Part shown: one piece after another, positions 51,217 to 61,249 of the stretch
How the letters are laid out: each line of letters begins with the position of its first letter
Position numbering within the stretch: the first letter of the stretch is position 1
Assembly: GCA_047495785.1 (NCBI GenBank)
Contig: JBLDXI010000042.1
Coordinates: 2,480,001-2,544,000 of the forward strand
DNA length: 64,000 nt
Direction: 5' to 3'
DNA from: Lepidodermella squamata
Lineage: Eukaryota; Animalia; Gastrotricha
Position numbers and translations under genes: made by a program
Notes under the pieces: model-generated
What the model saw: the letters and a program-made list of their open reading frames with translations, nothing else
Told to the model about the DNA's origin: nothing
The model's database searches: none

Positions 51217-53121
51217 TCAAATTTTGACCGGGCTAATCATATGTTCCTTGACACAAAATGAGCAAATAATAGGCTTTCCAGCGCAAGAATCGCAGAATCG
51301 ATAGCTGGTATGGGCCAGTTTTGAAGTCAAGCTCGGTTCGACGCCCTGCGAACGAAGCAACTCGAGACAATCGTGGCAAGGAAACGACCGGCGTTTCTCC
51401 GGCTTTTCACCCGGTCGCAGTTCTAGCTCGCGCATGACGTGGCTCGTTTTCGAACTTGGCGAGTCAGTTTTGACAGGCTGCAAAACGTGAAAAGCACGGC
51501 ACGCCTCGCAAACCCAAGGCCGATCAGCACATGTGGCGCAGTAGAACATGGTCAATTTAGGACGTGGGGCTTTTTTCGTTGAAATGCCAGTTTTAGCTCT
51601 GAAGCGCAACACGCAAAACAAGCAAGGTTGAGCGTAGTTATTCTTCCCACCGCTCTGTTCACGAATCGGAAATTTGTGGAAAACGTGACCAGCTGATTTC
51701 GGGTACTCGGCGATGATAGCTGTGTTTACGGGAGTGCCGTCAAATTTGTTCGACTGAATCTCGAGGCTGGACGAAGCAGGAGGGCGAGTTTCGGAACGCG
51801 GTAGCTCGAAGACTGGCGGAGCTGAGGTGAAACTTGATGTTGAAGGTATATCGCTGCTGGAGGGTGGGTCGAGAACTTCGATTTTGAACACGCTGCCATC
51901 TTCATCGTCGCTGACGAGAACAAAGTTGGGCGAAGCAGGCTGAAATAACAACTTATGAGAATAATTTAACATTTAACCCTTTCACAGCCGAATTTTCTAT
52001 CTCAGGAAGATAAAACATTTGACAGCATTTCTAAGGGTTCTCGGAAGCCCTGATCACGATTTTGAAACCCGCTTGTCTTTGTCTATCACCGTTAAGACTG
52101 TGCGAAAAGTGGTCAAAATCGCCCTGTCGGCCCAGCTGATTTCAGGCCTTTTTGTGCACCCTGATTTCTTCATCAAATGCTCCCGACTTTGGATTTTGCG
52201 ATTCTAAATTACTCCCTAAGGTCCCTAAAATCCGCGATTTCGACCACTTAACTAAAATCAAGGCAGAGCCCTTAGTTTTTGTCGAAAACTGATGAGAAAA
52301 TTTACACACAGGTCAATGGGACTATGCCAAACACTGTAGTATTTTTTGTTTGACCGGATAATGAAATTGGGTTAACTTCATTTCAAATTGAAAAAAATCA
52401 AAATTTTCAAATGACTATAATTTCAAAATGGTGCGAGTTAGCGGTTTGATTGTTTCAAATTCTTGTAGCCAACATCTAAAAGTAAAATGGCTCAAAAGGA
52501 CGATCAAAAATTCATCAAATTGAAATGTTGGTGCGTCGTCAAAACCGAATTTCCGAAATCGCACTTAAGGCCGTGAAAGGGTTAAAAAATTAAATAATGA
52601 AAATTCCAGCTTAATAATTTTAAATTTTGATGAAGAGCTAAAACAGCTTTCTGCATTAGCAAATAAAAAAATCCCACAAGTCTCGCTGTTGTAAAAAAAA
52701 ATAAAAAAATTTGAGTTCTCACTTGGAGTTTAACATCCTCCTCGTTGACTTGAACAGGAGATTGCGGAGTTTTCGTCGGTTTCGCCGGTTTGATTGGAGG
52801 TTTCTTTTTCGATAGCCTATCGTAACGCCCATAGGAATTCCGCGGCATGCGTCGATTGCCATCTCCTGAGAAGGCCACCTCGAGTCCAGCACCCATTGTC
52901 GACGTAGGCAAGACTGGCGGCAGAGCCCCGCCCACCGGAGCCGGGCAAATTGTCAGATGGGCAACGAGGTTATCGCGTTCCGAACCTTCGGCAATGTAAA
53001 TTTTGCAGCCACGAGGACACCATCGACCCGTTTGACTCGAATGAGCGGAATGATGCGCCTGGAACTCAATAGGATTGTTCGTTACAAATTGACAATCGTT
53101 ACACAGAAATCGTGAAGACAT
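51217..53121 (-). CDS. Array gene I: C2H2+C2HC module + 2 CRDs; intron 51940-52722 contains a piggyBac-type MITE
   Basis: VKLQ|PASPNF phase-0 join; MSSRFLCNDCQFVTNNPIEFQAHHSAH..WCPRGC..HLTIC. Confidence 0.78.
51977..52581. mobile_element. Non-autonomous piggyBac-type element (605 bp)
   Basis: TTAA|CCCTTTCACaGCC ... GGCcGTGAAAGGG|TTAA: 13-bp TIR (1 mismatch) starting CCC, TTAA duplication, no transposase. Confidence 0.88.
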
Positions 53122-53170
53122 TGAAAAATTATCAAAAATAGCTACAAAATTAAAACATTAATCCAAGTGA

Positions 53171-53848
53171 TCAACTAAATTTCCCTAATTTATGCGACTC
53201 GAAACAATCAATGCATAGAAATGGTTTGTCTTCGCAGGTTACACAATAGCCTGAGGTTAGATGAGCACGCGGTTCCGCGCTTCGAGTCAGGCTGATTCTT
53301 GCAGGGCAATCTCTGCATCGATACCGCTTCGTCGATTCGATCCGAGCCCATTTGTGTAGAATCAACGGCACCTTTAGGGCAGATTTCTTCATTGTAACTA
53401 GGTGGGACTTCTGACAATGCCCACACAACCACGGCCGTTTTTCGCAGGTCGCACAATAATAGCTGGTCATGGTTACCTCTTCCAGGGCTCTGAATTGAGC
53501 CGGCTTCATGCGAGATAGACATGGGACACATGGAAATTTCCGAGGCTCTGACGTGCCAGGAATTAATATTTTTGTCAACTCAAAACGATGCTTTCCACTC
53601 AATTTTTCACCAGTCGTGGATTTCGCTACCAGTATCACGTCAGATTCTGAGCTGGACGAAGCGATGGACGCTTGTTTTTGAACAACTGAATTAGGATCCG
53701 GCAGAGGACAAGTTCGCAGATGATCGAGAATAGCGAAACGGCTCGCGTTTTCGAAAACTTTGTACCCGCAGCCGCGGGGGCAAGTTTTGAGAACAGGTGC
53801 TTTAACGGAATCACTAGACGATTTATTCAATCTGCTAGATCTTTTCAT
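53171..53848 (-). CDS. Array gene J: C2HC half-module + 2 CRDs, single exon
   Basis: CPRGC..LDHLRTC; CVPC..TSYYCATCEKRPWLCGHC..H; CRDC..TSGYCVTCEDKPFLCIDCFESH. Confidence 0.8.
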   Translation of the reverse strand: MKRSSRLNKSSSDSVKAPVLKTCPRGCGYKVFENASRFAILDHLRTCPLPDPNSVVQKQASIASSSSESDVILVAKSTTGEKLSGKHRFELTKILIPGTSEPRKFPCVPCLSRMKPAQFRALEEVTMTSYYCATCEKRPWLCGHCQKSHLVTMKKSALKVPLILHKWARIESTKRYRCRDCPARISLTRSAEPRAHLTSGYCVTCEDKPFLCIDCFESHKLGKFS

Positions 53849-53924
53849 TCATTCATTCTAGAGGTTAAAATCTAAAACCCTGAAATAATTCAATTGAATA
53901 ATTTCCAAAGGAATTCTTTAGAAA

Positions 53925-54754
53925 TTATTGTTTAACAATAGGAACAATAGCATGCGAGGGGAAGCAATCCGAGCAAATAAACGTTTTTTCAGCGGCACAC
54001 AAGCAAAAACGAGTGGTTCGTTTCCTGGGTGTTTTCTGACACTCTCTGCATGTCTCGCTTTCCTCCCCAGTTAACCAAACATGCCCGTTAATGATACCAG
54101 GTTCTTTCGAGAACTATGACGAAAAAATCAGAAAAACAAGCGAACATATTTTCGGGTAAACAATACCTTCATCAGAACTAAATTTTCTGGAGTAATGCCA
54201 TGATTTTCAATATAGCAACTTCTGCATGAATGAAGATTCTTGTCACATCCGCGGCAGGTGAATCGTGTTGTTGTTGGGAGAAAGTTTTCAGCCGCCATCC
54301 CATAACGCCGAAACTTATCCCGGCAAAAATTGCAAGGCTTGGACGCAAACGCCTTCCAAAGAGAATGCTCTTTTCGTTTGTGATTCGAAGATTTTGGAAC
54401 CACCTCAGGTTCATGAGTAAGATCGACCGGAATCGGTCTATCAGAAGAAATATTCGAATTCGATTCAACTTCGTCGGCATAGCTCGAAGATATGTAATTC
54501 AGAGAATTCGATTTTTCCGATATTTTCCGAAACTTCGGCAGCGATTCCATTGAAAAATTATGGCACAAATTGTTGTGTTTTTCAAGAATTTCATGGTCTT
54601 CAAAATAAAATTTGCAGTTCAGTGGGCACCAGTAACCAATTTCAGCCTCATGCGCAGTTAAATGCTCCATAAATTGAACCAAATCGTTAGTCGCAAAACG
54701 ACACTCATTACACCGGAGAACGTCCGAGTTACAACGGCGGTTCATTATGGTCAT
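53925..54754 (-). CDS. Array gene K: C2H2+C2HC module, PVDLT motif, 2 CRDs; intron 54114-54166
   Basis: Exon 2 (not in the ORF track) reads FSKEPGIINGHVW..CREC..TRFCLCAAEKTFICSDCFPSH..*; start could also be the ATG at 54745. Confidence 0.75.
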
Positions 54755-54793
54755 AAATATGTTCCAGCTAAAACAGTAATAGAAATTGAGACC

Positions 54794-55537
54794 TTATTTA
54801 ACCGGAGTCTTAGCGTGTAAAACAAAGCAATTATAACAAATATAAGTCCGCTCGCTCTTACAAGAACAAAATCGATTCGTGAGCCTCTTCGTGCACATGA
54901 TACACTGTTTAGAGTTCTTCGCAATGTCTCTAGCGAATCGCCAAACATGTCCATCCAAAATTCCAATTTCATAGCTATTCTGTTAGGAGAAAGTTTAGAA
55001 AAATTACTACAAAAAATAGTCGAGGCGAACCTTGAATATCAAGGTGTATTCTCTCCACATATCACCGTGATTTTCGATAAAACAACTGCGACACATCGGC
55101 TTTGATACTCCGCAACCTATACACGAGCAACGAGTTTTGATCGGACGAAATTCATCCGATAGGCCGTATCGAATCAGCTTTGCGGGGCAGAACAAGCACG
55201 GTAGATACTGCCTCCAGATTTTCAACCCATGTTTCGGGCCGGTTGAAGGATCTAAAGGCATCTCAACACTATCTTCCATTTCCGACTCACTTTCGTATAT
55301 TGTCGATAATTTTTCCAAAGAATTAATTTTCTTAGAGCTGCATGCCGCCACAGGGTTTGGTGGCGAGCATACAGCGAAGTGCTTCATGAGGCTATGATCA
55401 TTTTCCAAGTAGAACCCGCAATTCAATGGGCAAAAGGCACCGCTTCCCGATTGATGGGCAGATACATGCTGCGAAAAATGGGCAAAGCTATTAGTTGCAT
55501 ATCGGCAACGCTTGCATTCATTAAGGATGGCTAACAT
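54794..55537 (-). CDS. Array gene L (paralog of K): C2H2+C2HC module, 2 CRDs; 2 exons
   Basis: IFK|NSYEIGILDGHVW..CIMC..NRFCSCKSERTYICYNCFVLH..VK*. Confidence 0.75.
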
Positions 55538-55678
55538 TCTATAATTGAAGCAAAAAAGGTAAGTTTTACTGGAACTAAATTCATAAGCTCAACAATTTTG
55601 TCCCTGAATTCAAAAATCAAATCATCAAACAGCAAAGAAAAAAGGTCCATCGATCAAAAAATATTCATCGGCTACTAG

Positions 55679-56333
55679 TTAATCGAAATCGACTTCAATC
55701 AACGAGAAAGAAGACATCGATCTAGCAGCGCCAAGTCGGAAATGATCTCGGAAGCAGTTGACGCATTGGAAATCTTGACGTGGGCAGGTCTCGCATTTGA
55801 AAACAACACGGCCATCTTCGCATTTGCAAATTCGAAGTTCAGAAACATGACTCCAGCTGTGGCCAGCACATTCAAAAGCCGAGCGGATCAACTGCAATAA
55901 ATACATTTCAATCGATGAAATCAATCAGAAACTGCCATACCTTGCCGTCTGATGAATGAATTTCGCTGAAACAAAGATCGCACAAGAAAGTACCTTTAGG
56001 GCATCCACCACAAAACCGAGTCGATTTGCGAAATTTGGGCAAAGCATCGGCCCAAGAATCCGACCCAAGAAGAAATTTCGTGATGCAGTAGACGCAAACT
56101 CGATCCGGACCTTGAACGAACCCTGTTTCTTCTTTCAATTGGTGTCGAAATTTAGCTCGAGTCTTGACAGTTACGACTTCACCAGGAGTCAACTTTTGCA
56201 AAATGACAACTGGGGATTTCGAGTCCAATTTTCCAGAAATCTTCGGGTTCAACGCGCTTAATTCGGCGTCCGATAACTTGACGACTTGAACAACAGGTTG
56301 TTTCGAGAAGTCAAAATTGATGAAATCATTCAT
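55679..56333 (-). CDS. Array gene M: PVVQV/PVVIL motifs + 2 CRDs (second divergent); 2 exons
   Basis: SDGK|LIRSAF join; CVYC..TRFCGGCPKGTFLCDLCFSEIH. Confidence 0.7.
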
Positions 56334-56905
56334 TTTCTATCAAGGGTCTAAAAATTTGTTTCAGTGAAATTGAGGTTCGAAGGCTAAATTTGAGCAATCT
56401 ATCGATAATTAATTCCGATTTTTGTGATTTAGAACTTTTTGAATAAACGCTTTTAGTAAAATTTTGAAACCAATTCTGGGGATTTCAAATTCTCAAATTC
56501 AGCGCTGGAACCCTGTATTTAAGTAGCGCACTTGGCACACGCTACAATTTACTGCTGGAAAGTCTCACGAGACAATATCAAAATTTGAGCGATAAGGGCA
56601 AGCAAAATGCGGAAATTAATCATGCACAACCGTTCAACCAATAACGTGTCCTTTGAAACAAGGCATGCAGAGTTCAGGAATACCAGGGCAAGTCTTGCAA
56701 AATGTAAAAAAATTGCCCCTCAATTTGCAACGCGAACAATTCAAGAAGTTAACCGTGTTCCATCGCGAGCGACAGGGGTTAACGGTAAGAACTCGCTTGA
56801 CAGCTAACTCGTGACCGGCATAGGTAGAAATTGCACCAATTTGGATTATCGGAAAATCGCCCTGAAAATCATCGGTATATAATTGTCAAGATATTTCCCT
56901 CAAGC

Positions 56906-58715
56906 TTATACTTTAGTTTCAGTTTTGTTATGAACCACAAAACACTTCAAACAAATCTTGGGCGATTTCGGGCAGGAAATGCAGCGGTACTTAGCGGATC
57001 GTGTTTTCTTACAAACACGGCATCGAAAGCTGCTGCCCGATGTTGCCTTTATCAAATGATTCGGCGACGGCATGCCGTTATCCAATGGCACATTCTCCCA
57101 ATTAACAAATTGTGAGGGAATTTGTCTACAATGCAATAGATCAGGTAGATTTGTCGTAAGGTCACAGACTTCGGATTGCACCATTTTCGACGAATCTTCA
57201 ATTCCCTCAGCAGCCTATTGATAAGTTTTCAAAAATGAAAAAAATTAAGGCGACTTTGACTTACCGTCATTTCCTCGAAACCATCATCGCTTATTTCGAC
57301 TGGCGTGATTTCAGGATCGCAATTGAAGCCAGACGATGATCGGCTCTCGGCCACAAGACGTTGCACAGCAACCTTAACAAAATTAAATGAAATTTAACAT
57401 AAAAATCTGGATACCTACAACATATGGCTGCACAACTTCCGGGGACTTTCCCGATTTCAAGCTGATATAAGTAGAGCGTGTCCCAGAATTTCGATTTGGC
57501 AACTTTTTGTAGGAAATTCAACAATTTTTTTTTAACCCGGAAACCCCCGATGGTAACTTCGGTAATTTTCGGTATTTTACCTGGTTTGACCAAATTTCTC
57601 CAGACTTTTTTAATCTCAAACAGGTGACATGACTGACTTCATTACTGTTGTCGGGATTTCTTGAATATTTCTACAAATTTTCTGGCCATGAGATGTGACT
57701 TCGTCTCTCATTTTAATGTTTCTTCACCCTGTCTTTCCTTGCGTTACTCATGGGACACGCTGTATATGACTATATTTGTACAGGTTGGCCAAAAAGAGCT
57801 GCAGGGGGCAAAGTTTCGAGAAATTTAAGAGTTTCATGGGCAAAAGAATGCTTGAAATTCTTCAATATCTTAAAGCCCCTCATTAAATTGATGCGCAGTC
57901 AATGAATTTCGCCCCCTCTTTCGGCTCTTTTTGGCCACCCTGTAAAAGGCATATTGTGAGTTACCACAAGGAAATAATTAACCCGTTTAGACCGGCATCT
58001 AGGATTTTAATGCTACGGTCATAATCTTTTCAGGAATTAATGTTGGTATCATAAATATGAGGAAAAAATGTTGGTGACCCCATCCCAACCGTTTCCGAGT
58101 TACGCAATGTCCCATTTATGGGACGCTCGGTCATTCTTATAGGCAAATTTAGAAATAACCATATAAATCATAATTTTGTCATACTAGTGACTCAGGGCGT
58201 CAATAAAAGAGTGACGAGCCAAACTATCTCTATCATCATTTTGGGTGAACGAATAAGTCCAGAAAGTCCAGACAGCGTGCAAACGAAGCGAGGAAAAGTT
58301 TTGGATTGCTAGCGGGAAAAAATAATAAAAAATGTTTGGAAATAGGGATTTTTTCTGGAAATTTTCAAACTATTTACAGGGAGCGCTCCATTTTCGCATG
58401 TTCTGCAGCCGTGAATTTACCCTGAATTTATACCAAAATAAGCGTTGCTCATCCTTTTTTCACGGAAGAATAGGAAGATAAGAGACGGAAGAGGAAGAGC
58501 CTACCAATGTTGTCTCCGATTCACGACAGAGTGTTTCGATCGATAAAATTCGAGGCCGCTTCGAAGAATGTTTCCGAGTCAAATCCAGAGGCTCATCAAT
58601 CTAAGCGAGAGAGAATAAATAATAATTTAAAGAAAGAACAAGAAACGTGAAAACTTGCCATTGGTTTCAATGTAACATCAGACGTGAAATCAAGTAACTC
58701 CAGTTCGAAGTTCAT
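56906..58715 (-). CDS. Array gene N: multi-exon, PLDLT motif, 1 C-terminal CRD; middle exons uncertain
   Basis: MNFELE..LKPM|(GC-AG)IDEPLDLTRK..; later VVLQRLVAE..EEMT|AAEGIEDSSKMVQ..HLI..CRVC..AKYRCISCPKSPKICLKCFVVH. Confidence 0.5.
57474..57762. mobile_element. Tc1/mariner-type MITE
   Basis: TA|gAGCGTGTCCCA ... TGGGACACGCTG|TA. Confidence 0.7.
57781..57942. mobile_element. Tc1/mariner-type MITE (162 bp)
   Basis: TA|CAGGtTGGCCAAAAAGAGC ... GCTCTTTTTGGCCAcCCTG|TA. Confidence 0.85.
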
Positions 58716-58954
58716 AATCAATCGATTCAATGTATCTGACCTATTTAAAACCGATTTGCCAACTCAATTTGCGAAAAGAAGCGTTACATTTTTAATCGAA
58801 AAAATTGAGTTTTCGCCAAACAGAAGATGGTCAGAAACAACAAAGGCAACATGCATCAATTCTAATAAAAAAACTGAGGCTACGCTTTTCAAATCAACCT
58901 GTTTGAGCTGAAACAAGGCGCTGGGACTTGGGTTGAAATACAAAAATCACCCGA

Positions 58955-59478
58955 TCACATGTGTTTTAAGAAACAGCTTTTGCATAACGTCGGCTGCGAA
59001 GGGCAAGTTCCGCAAAAATATGAAGATTTGCCGAAACACATTACACAATTTCGTTTTCTGATGGTGTCCCATTTTAGCCCGCACGATCGTATTCGGCGCT
59101 TCAACATCAGTAAGTGTCCTTCCCAGCTTCCAGTGGCAACGACTTTGACGACACGAGTAACGTCCTAAAACGAAACGAATTCAAAAATAACAGTGCGTGC
59201 GTTTCTTTCGCAGAAACTATTACCCCGGCTGTGCGGTCATGTTGTTGAAAGCAACGTAGGCATATTGCGGGGCGAGCAGTCGAGCAGTTAATAGCAGTTT
59301 TACCATCGGGCCCACATATCGTGCATGGCTCGCCATGCTCGGCGTGTTGGTAAAGTGCGCGCAGCCGCGGCAGAATTTTCGTGTCAGGGAGGACAGGAAT
59401 TTCTAGAATTGTCGACCATTCGATTATTTGGGGTGTATTATTCCTGGTTTTTAGCGACAGGTCAAGAGGTTCGGCCAT
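58955..59478 (-). CDS. Array gene O: N-terminal PLDLS + 2 CRDs (first degenerate); intron 59165-59223
   Basis: MAEPLDLSLK; TAG|DVTRVV..HLL..CVMC..SYFCGTCPSQPTLCKSCFLKHM*. Confidence 0.72.
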
Positions 59479-59623
59479 CAAAAATAATTACTAACAACAA
59501 TAAAGAAAATAAAATGATACATTGTCGCAAACAATAAAATTTTTAGACTGTACAAGACATGCAAGCAAGATGAGCTGTAACGTAGATATTTCAATAGTCA
59601 AAACTCAAAACCACTGCATCAAA

Positions 59624-60146
59624 TTAGGTCATCGAAAAGTCTGCGTCTGCCTCCGGCTCGGAAATCGTTTTGCCCCTACCGCGCGGATAAGCGAATATCT
59701 GATACAAAATTGGGCATTCAAATTATTGAGTTTCAAGAGGAAGAAACTGAGACCTCAGTGGCAACTGGCAGCTGTTGAGGTGGTGGATCAGGGTTGAACG
59801 GCGGTTGGAACGGAGTTAGGTGTTGCTGGAAAGGTTGTGCCATGGCTGCTGGAGGAACAGACCACGCCGGTGGGTTATAACGGGGATCGCAAGGATTGTT
59901 ATAGATGGCAGGCGGGAAAGTCGCTTCAGTCGGCTGATAGAGCGGCTGCTGATAACAAGTCGACGTAATGACGCTCTTCCCGTCGCCAACGTAATAAAAA
60001 TAATTGGTCGGCTGGGAGATTTCGTTGGGTGGTGGCGCTAGGTGGCCATTTATATGGCCGTCGTAGAAAAACTCAGGATTGTCCGTCGTTAACGGGCAAG
60101 AATTACAACGAAACGAATGATAATCGGCAGGTGCAATCGATAGCAT
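59624..60146 (-). CDS. Array gene Q (first of the array): C2H2-like finger + Pro/Gln-rich region, no CRD; intron 59699-59753
   Basis: FRCNSCPLTTDNPEFFYDGHINGH resembles the family N-terminal finger; VATE|IFAYPRGRGK..*. Confidence 0.55.
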
Positions 60147-60684
60147 AAAAACAGCTAACCACGGGCAGAAAACAGTAATTTTAACAGCTGAAAAAGGAGC
60201 CCAGAATCAAGTTGAACGGTAAAACGAGGCAGTTGTAAATGCTCACGAAGGCCACTTCGCGGAGAATGACAGAAGTACGAGGGCTGTCGATTATTGCTCG
60301 TTTATTGCTCAGCGCGTTTACGGTCTAATAAAACGTTCGCGCCGCCGTGCAGCGAGAACGCGCACTCGGCACTCGACTACTTATTACTCGGTAAGTACTT
60401 CCTGGCTAAACCACGTAACACCAATTTGTTTTCATTTCATTCATTATTGCCCGCTGTCATCGAAATCAAAGTGTTGACGCTTTTTGACGTATTGGGGCAA
60501 AATCTGAGAAAATCTCACAGACCCTGGTGATTAACTACTTGAAATAGAAAACCGGTCCATTTTGAAATACAGCTATAATATGCGAGGTGCCTTCACGCCG
60601 ACTTGTAGCTAATGACCCGAAAACGAGTTCGTTGAAGGCTTCTAAGATGTATTTGCGCTTATCGTTTAATTTCGACGGCGAAAA

Positions 60685-61249
60685 ATGACTGCTGCTACTG
60701 CTGTTTTGCTGTTTTCATTAGTTCTGCTTGCCATCTGCAGTGGTGTGATTTCTAATCCCGTATCATCGGGGTAAATTCGAAAATATTTCACCAGCTATAA
60801 TATTATTAGAAATGATCATTTTTAGTGAGATGCCGATGTTGTTGGCGGATGAGTCTCTTCTAGTGACCGATGGAGTGGCTGTTGTCGAGGACTCCGAGCC
60901 TGAGCCTGAATCGTCCGGCGTGGAACCGGAGAAAAAGAGCTTGATTGAAACCGCAACTTCGCCATCTGCGAATCCTTCACCTACCAGCACAGCGCTAATA
61001 CCAGTTAAACTCAGCATCACAAACACATCTTCGAATGAAACGCCCCAAAACTACGTGATAACGATAAAAAACGGTAACGATCAAAACGCTTCGCAGGTTA
61101 TCACCATAAGCGTGTCATCGACTGGTTCGGCTTCGAAGAGTGCCATCAAGCCTATAGTTAATCAAAGTCCGCCTATCGTCCATCAATCATCGGGCAACGG
61201 AAATTACTTCTTTTCTACTTCTTTTAACATCATCTTCAATAGCAATTGA
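60685..61249 (+). CDS. Small secreted Ser/Thr-rich protein (169 aa); intron 60771-60825
   Basis: Signal peptide MTAATAVLLFSLVLLAICSGVIS spliced in frame to ORF 60812-61249. Confidence 0.65.

Noticed and set aside
54751-54972. Apparent bacterial-style ATGA stop/start overlap between ORF 54751-54972 and ORF 54128-54754
   Set aside because: The real exon 2 of gene L is in another frame (it encodes a CRD) and stops at 54794, so the overlap is an ORF-track artefact.
57978-57996. TTAA-CCCGTTTAGACCGGC, a possible piggyBac left end
   Set aside because: No matching inverted right end found in the window.
25060-60146. Array as one giant spliced polyprotein or a mod(mdg4)-like common coding exon
   Set aside because: Acceptor-to-ATG phases are inconsistent and some contain in-frame stops (e.g. 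59490, ~44300); each unit has its own ATG and stop.
25060-60146. Array as autonomous piggyBac transposons
   Set aside because: No DDD catalytic core ORF and no TTAA/TIR pairs around the units.
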